In this document: positions 60,438 to 64,000 of the stretch, one piece after another
Layout: each line of letters starts with the position of its first letter
Numbering within the stretch: the first letter of the stretch is position 1
From: a virus
Virus record (IMG/VR): IMGVR_UViG_3300020401_001540
Span: 8,865 to 72,864 of that record
Strand: one strand, 5' to 3'
DNA: 64,000 nucleotides
The notes under the pieces: model-generated
Seen by the model: only the letters and a program-made list of their open reading frames with translations
Databases searched by the model: none
What the model was told of the DNA's origin: nothing
Position numbers and translations under genes: made by a program

Positions 60438-61448
60438 GTGTTTAAAAAAGCGGCGGTATTTACGGACATCCATTTAGGTTTAAAGTCCAATAGTAAAATT
60501 CATTTGCAGGATTGTGAAGAATTTGTAGATTGGTTTATCCAAAAAGCAAAAGAAAACAACTGCGAAACTGGTATCTTTTGTGGCGATTGGCATCACAATA
60601 GAAACAGTATTAATGTTCAGACCCTTGACAGTACAACAAGATGTTTAGAAAAACTTGGAAAAGCATTTGATAAGTTTTATTTCTTTGCTGGTAACCATGA
60701 CTTATATTACAAAGATAAGCGAGACATTTATTCTCTTGAGTTTGGAAAACATATTCCAGGTATAACTTATATTGATGAAATAGTAGAAGAAGATAATGTT
60801 GCTCTAGTTCCTTGGTTAGTAGGCGATGAATGGAAAAAGATTTCTAAAATAAAAGCCAAGTATATGTTTGGACATTTTGAATTACCACACTTCTATATGA
60901 ATGCAATGGTAAAGATGCCAGAACACGGTGAACTAAGAGCTGAACATTTCAAACATCAAGATTATGTGTTCAGTGGACATTTTCATAAAAGGCAAGTTCA
61001 AGGAAAAATTCATTACATGGGTAATGCATTTCCGCACAACTATGCAGATGCATGGGATGATGAACGTGGCATGATGATACTTGATAAAGAAAATAACAAA
61101 GAACCAGAATATATCAACTGGGAAAATTGTCCTAAGTATCGTACAATAAAACTTTCTAAACTCTTAGATGAAAAAGACACACTGTTAAAAGATAAAATGT
61201 ATCTGAGAGTTACATTAGACTTGCCAATATCATACGAAGAAGCTAGTTTTATTAAAGAAACATTTGTAAACGACTATGACTGTAGAGAAATAACACTAAT
61301 TCCTAGCCAACAGGACGAAGAAATACACACTGACATTGATATAAGTCAGTTTGAAAGCGTTGATCAGATTGTCACGAAGGAGATTACTGCAATTGACACA
61401 GAACAATACGACAAGAACTTGCTGTTGAGGATTTATGACGAAATATGA
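60438..61448 (+). CDS. gp47: recombination endonuclease subunit (Mre11/SbcD-like)
   Basis: TDIHLG, GDWHH, GNHD, GHFE and SGHFH metallophosphoesterase motifs. Confidence 0.92.
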   Translation: MFKKAAVFTDIHLGLKSNSKIHLQDCEEFVDWFIQKAKENNCETGIFCGDWHHNRNSINVQTLDSTTRCLEKLGKAFDKFYFFAGNHDLYYKDKRDIYSLEFGKHIPGITYIDEIVEEDNVALVPWLVGDEWKKISKIKAKYMFGHFELPHFYMNAMVKMPEHGELRAEHFKHQDYVFSGHFHKRQVQGKIHYMGNAFPHNYADAWDDERGMMILDKENNKEPEYINWENCPKYRTIKLSKLLDEKDTLLKDKMYLRVTLDLPISYEEASFIKETFVNDYDCREITLIPSQQDEEIHTDIDISQFESVDQIVTKEITAIDTEQYDKNLLLRIYDEI

Positions 61449-63220
61449 TTAAGATAAAAAATTTAACAGTAAAAAACTTTATGAGTGTGGGTAATCAAAC
61501 CCAGGCTGTTGACTTTGACAAACAACAATTAACATTAGTGCTTGGTGAAAATCTTGACCAAGGTGGTGATGATATGGGGTCAAGAAACGGTACTGGTAAA
61601 ACCACAATAATAAACGCATTAAGTTACGCCTTATATGGTGTTGCTTTAACAAATATCAAAAGAAATAACTTAATTAACAAAACCAACAACAAAGGCATGT
61701 TGGTTACACTTACATTTGAAAAAGATAATGTAAATTATAAGGTAGAAAGAGGCAGAAGTCCTAATGTACTAAAGTTTTTTGTAAATGATGAAGAACAAGA
61801 ACTAATAGACGAAAGTCAAGGTGACAGTAGAAAAACACAAGAAACTATAAATGAACTACTTGGAATGAGTCATAACATGTTCAAGCACATTCTTGCATTG
61901 AACACTTATACAGAACCTTTCCTAAGCATGAAAGTAAACGATCAAAAAGATATCATTGAACAGTTACTTGGTATAACAATACTTTCAGAAAAAGCAGAAA
62001 AACTAAAAGAAAAAATACGTGAAACAAAAGATTCAATTACAGAAGAAAATGCAAAAATAAATGCACAACAACAAAGCAATGAAAGAATTACAGAAACTAT
62101 TGACAGTTTAAAACTAAAGCAAAGTGCATGGGAATCTACTAAGAAAACAAATATTGAAAAATTACAAAAGGGAATTGATGAGTTAGAACATCTTGATGTT
62201 GATTCTGAACTTGACAAGCATGAAAAACTACAAAACTGGGAAGAGTTAAACACAAAAATAAATAACCTTAAGAAAGAAACTTCCACACTCGAGTCTGCAT
62301 TACTAAGAGCAGATAAATCAGTAGATAAAGTAACAAAGGATATATCAGAACTTGACAACGCTGTTTGTTATGCTTGTGGTCAAGAGCTACAAGAAGATAA
62401 GGTCAAAGAAATTGAAGATAAAAAAGCCAAAGAGCTTGAAGATGCCCTGGCCTATCAAAAAGAAATAACAGACAAATTAAAAGTTGCAACAGATCAATTA
62501 AATGATATAGGCGATATAAATGGACGCCCTGATACCTTTTATGAAACTATAAAAGAAGTTTATGATCATAAACAAAATGTTGCACAGCTACAACAAGCAT
62601 TGCAAAATACAAATACTGAAACTGATCCTTATCAAGAACAGATTGACGATTTAACAAATACAGGAATTCAAGAAATTGATTGGTCAACAATCAATGCATT
62701 CAATGATCTAAAAGAACATCAAGAGTTCTTACTAAAACTGCTTACTAATAAAGACAGCTTTATTCGTAAGAAGATCATTGATCAAAACCTTTCATATCTG
62801 AACAACAGGCTTACACATTATCTTGACAAGCTAGGTCTGCCCCATCAAGTTGTGTTTATGAATGACCTAAGTGTTGAAATTACACAGCTTGGACAAGATC
62901 TTGACTTTGACAATCTTTCCAGAGGTGAGCGTAATAGACTGATATTAGGAATGAGCTTCGCATTTCGCGATGTTTGGGAGAGTTTATATCAGAATATTAA
63001 CTTACTGTTCATTGACGAGCTTGTTGATTCAGGTATGGATACCAGTGGTGTTGAAAATTCGTTGGCCATATTGAAGAAAATGGGTCGTGAACGTGAAAAG
63101 AATGTTTATCTTATATCACACAAAGACGAACTTGTTGGAAGAGTAACACACGTATTAAAGGTATTGAAGGAAAACGGATTCACATCATATGAAAATGATG
63201 TGGAAATACATAATGAATGA
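61445..63220 (+). CDS. gp46: recombination ATPase subunit (Rad50/SbcC-like)
   Basis: KNFMSVG, NGTGKTT Walker A, coiled coil with CYAC zinc hook, LSRGE signature and FIDE Walker B. Confidence 0.93.
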   Translation: MIKIKNLTVKNFMSVGNQTQAVDFDKQQLTLVLGENLDQGGDDMGSRNGTGKTTIINALSYALYGVALTNIKRNNLINKTNNKGMLVTLTFEKDNVNYKVERGRSPNVLKFFVNDEEQELIDESQGDSRKTQETINELLGMSHNMFKHILALNTYTEPFLSMKVNDQKDIIEQLLGITILSEKAEKLKEKIRETKDSITEENAKINAQQQSNERITETIDSLKLKQSAWESTKKTNIEKLQKGIDELEHLDVDSELDKHEKLQNWEELNTKINNLKKETSTLESALLRADKSVDKVTKDISELDNAVCYACGQELQEDKVKEIEDKKAKELEDALAYQKEITDKLKVATDQLNDIGDINGRPDTFYETIKEVYDHKQNVAQLQQALQNTNTETDPYQEQIDDLTNTGIQEIDWSTINAFNDLKEHQEFLLKLLTNKDSFIRKKIIDQNLSYLNNRLTHYLDKLGLPHQVVFMNDLSVEITQLGQDLDFDNLSRGERNRLILGMSFAFRDVWESLYQNINLLFIDELVDSGMDTSGVENSLAILKKMGREREKNVYLISHKDELVGRVTHVLKVLKENGFTSYENDVEIHNE

Positions 63221-63413
63221 CGATACACATGATAAATTAACCAAGGCATATATGGCATACTTCAAGGCTAACGAAAACTTTGAGGCAAGAAACTCCGTAC
63301 GAACTCACAGAGAAAGCCGTAAATGGCTTAGAGAGATTAGATCACTAGCAAAAGAACGTATGGACGAGATACATCACAAGCATAATTCCAAGAAAGAGGC
63401 ACCAGAAGAATAG
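63213..63413 (+). CDS. small basic helical protein (possibly Hc1-like DNA-binding)
   Basis: Likely start MNDD at 63213. Contains the ANENFE..RESRKWLREIRSLAKER pattern. Confidence 0.45.
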   Translation: MNDDTHDKLTKAYMAYFKANENFEARNSVRTHRESRKWLREIRSLAKERMDEIHHKHNSKKEAPEE

Positions 63414-63420
63414 GCTAGGG

Positions 63421-63426
63421 TAAGTA
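63421..63426 (+). promoter_or_regulatory. late promoter variant TAAGTA, 5 nt before ATG
   Basis: Reads TAAGTA-TCCAT-ATG. Confidence 0.45.
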
Positions 63427-63431
63427 TCCAT

Positions 63432-63854
63432 ATGCTATGGACTTATCAGGGTGAAAATATAGACGAACTACCAGAGGATTGCGAAGGATTCGTATATCTA
63501 ATAACCAATAAGACCAATAATAAAAAGTATATAGGCAAGAAACTAGCCAAATTTAAGAAAACACGCCCACCACTCAAAGGCAAAAAAAACAAAAGAAGAA
63601 GCAAAATAGAAAGCGATTGGCGAGATTACTGGGGTTCCTCAGATCATTTGCTCGCTGATGTTGAACAACTAGGATCAGAAAACTTTACAAGAGAGATTTT
63701 GTATCTATGTCAAAGCAGAGGCGCTATGAGCTATTTAGAGGCAAAGGAACAGTTTGACCGCAGAGTGCTAGAAACAGACGAATACTACAACGGAATTATA
63801 AATGTGCGGGTAGGCGGTTCAAAGATTCTAAGAGAACAACTCAAAAAATTATAG
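63432..63854 (+). CDS. stand-alone GIY-YIG endonuclease (Seg-like catalytic domain only)
   Basis: GFVYLITN...KYIGKK, YWGSS, FTREIL, conserved E and YYN. 140 aa with no appended NUMOD/HTH domain. Confidence 0.85.
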   Translation: MLWTYQGENIDELPEDCEGFVYLITNKTNNKKYIGKKLAKFKKTRPPLKGKKNKRRSKIESDWRDYWGSSDHLLADVEQLGSENFTREILYLCQSRGAMSYLEAKEQFDRRVLETDEYYNGIINVRVGGSKILREQLKKL

Positions 63855-64000
63855 GCAATATACGGACAGTGTTTGATCGGGGTAGCTCGATCCGCTTTGA
63901 GGACATGGATACCCATGTTCGGAATCTAGCGAGTCCAATAATCTGTTGCTCCTAAAAACCCCTTGCAAAGGAACGAAGCGGGGGATAGCGAGAGATCCGC
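63855..64000 (+). ncRNA. candidate structured non-coding RNA (5' part, truncated by the window)
   Basis: About 51% GC by manual count against an AT-rich background. Hairpins at 63875-63892, 63901-63920 and 63961-63971, and a long-range helix 63893-98/63975-80 with G-U pairs. Confidence 0.45.

Noticed and set aside
63432-64000. Group I intron carrying a homing endonuclease
   Set aside because: There is no interrupted host gene or 5' intron sequence upstream (only 18 nt separate it from the previous ORF), and canonical P7 elements were not confidently identified. It cannot be fully excluded because the window ends.
1-64000. CRISPR array, tRNA or rRNA genes
   Set aside because: Intergenic gaps are under ~100 nt except at the very end. 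No repeat-spacer periodicity or cloverleaf was seen by eye.
1-64000. Alternative genetic code (stop-codon recoding)
   Set aside because: The standard code gives near-complete coding density, including a 5002-aa ORF. TAA, TAG and TGA all end credible genes.

Overview
AT-rich (roughly one-third GC by eye), densely coding segment of a large T4-superfamily-related myophage, probably a jumbo phage. A marine or aquatic host is inferred, not shown. Layout: (1) an Mtd-N-type fibre gene at 370-1482. (2) A ~25 kb accessory enzyme island at 1.5-26.3 kb. It encodes a TctA/TctC transporter, two adenylate-forming enzymes, a dienelactone-hydrolase-like protein, an ACP-like/methyltransferase fusion, a flavin halogenase and a 2OG-Fe oxygenase. 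It also encodes three nitroreductases, two SGNH proteins, a carbamoyltransferase, a DegT aminotransferase, four radical SAM enzymes plus a free SPASM-like domain, and about five glycosyltransferase-like proteins. (3) A minus-strand tail/baseplate module at 26.3-59.5 kb with tail fibres, a 5002-aa baseplate protein, gp6, gp25, PAAR, gp5 fused to GH19, a hub protein, gp53 and a gp48/54-like protein. (4) Plus-strand gp55 late sigma factor, gp47 and gp46, then a stand-alone GIY-YIG gene followed by a GC-rich, hairpin-rich non-coding stretch cut by the window end. T4-like late motifs (TAAATA) and two perfect sigma70 promoters are visible. The best candidates for something new are the late-expressed biosynthetic/virion-decoration island, especially the transporter-ligase-radical SAM operon, and the GIY-YIG plus candidate structured RNA unit. 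All protein calls come from motif recognition by eye, with no database searches.
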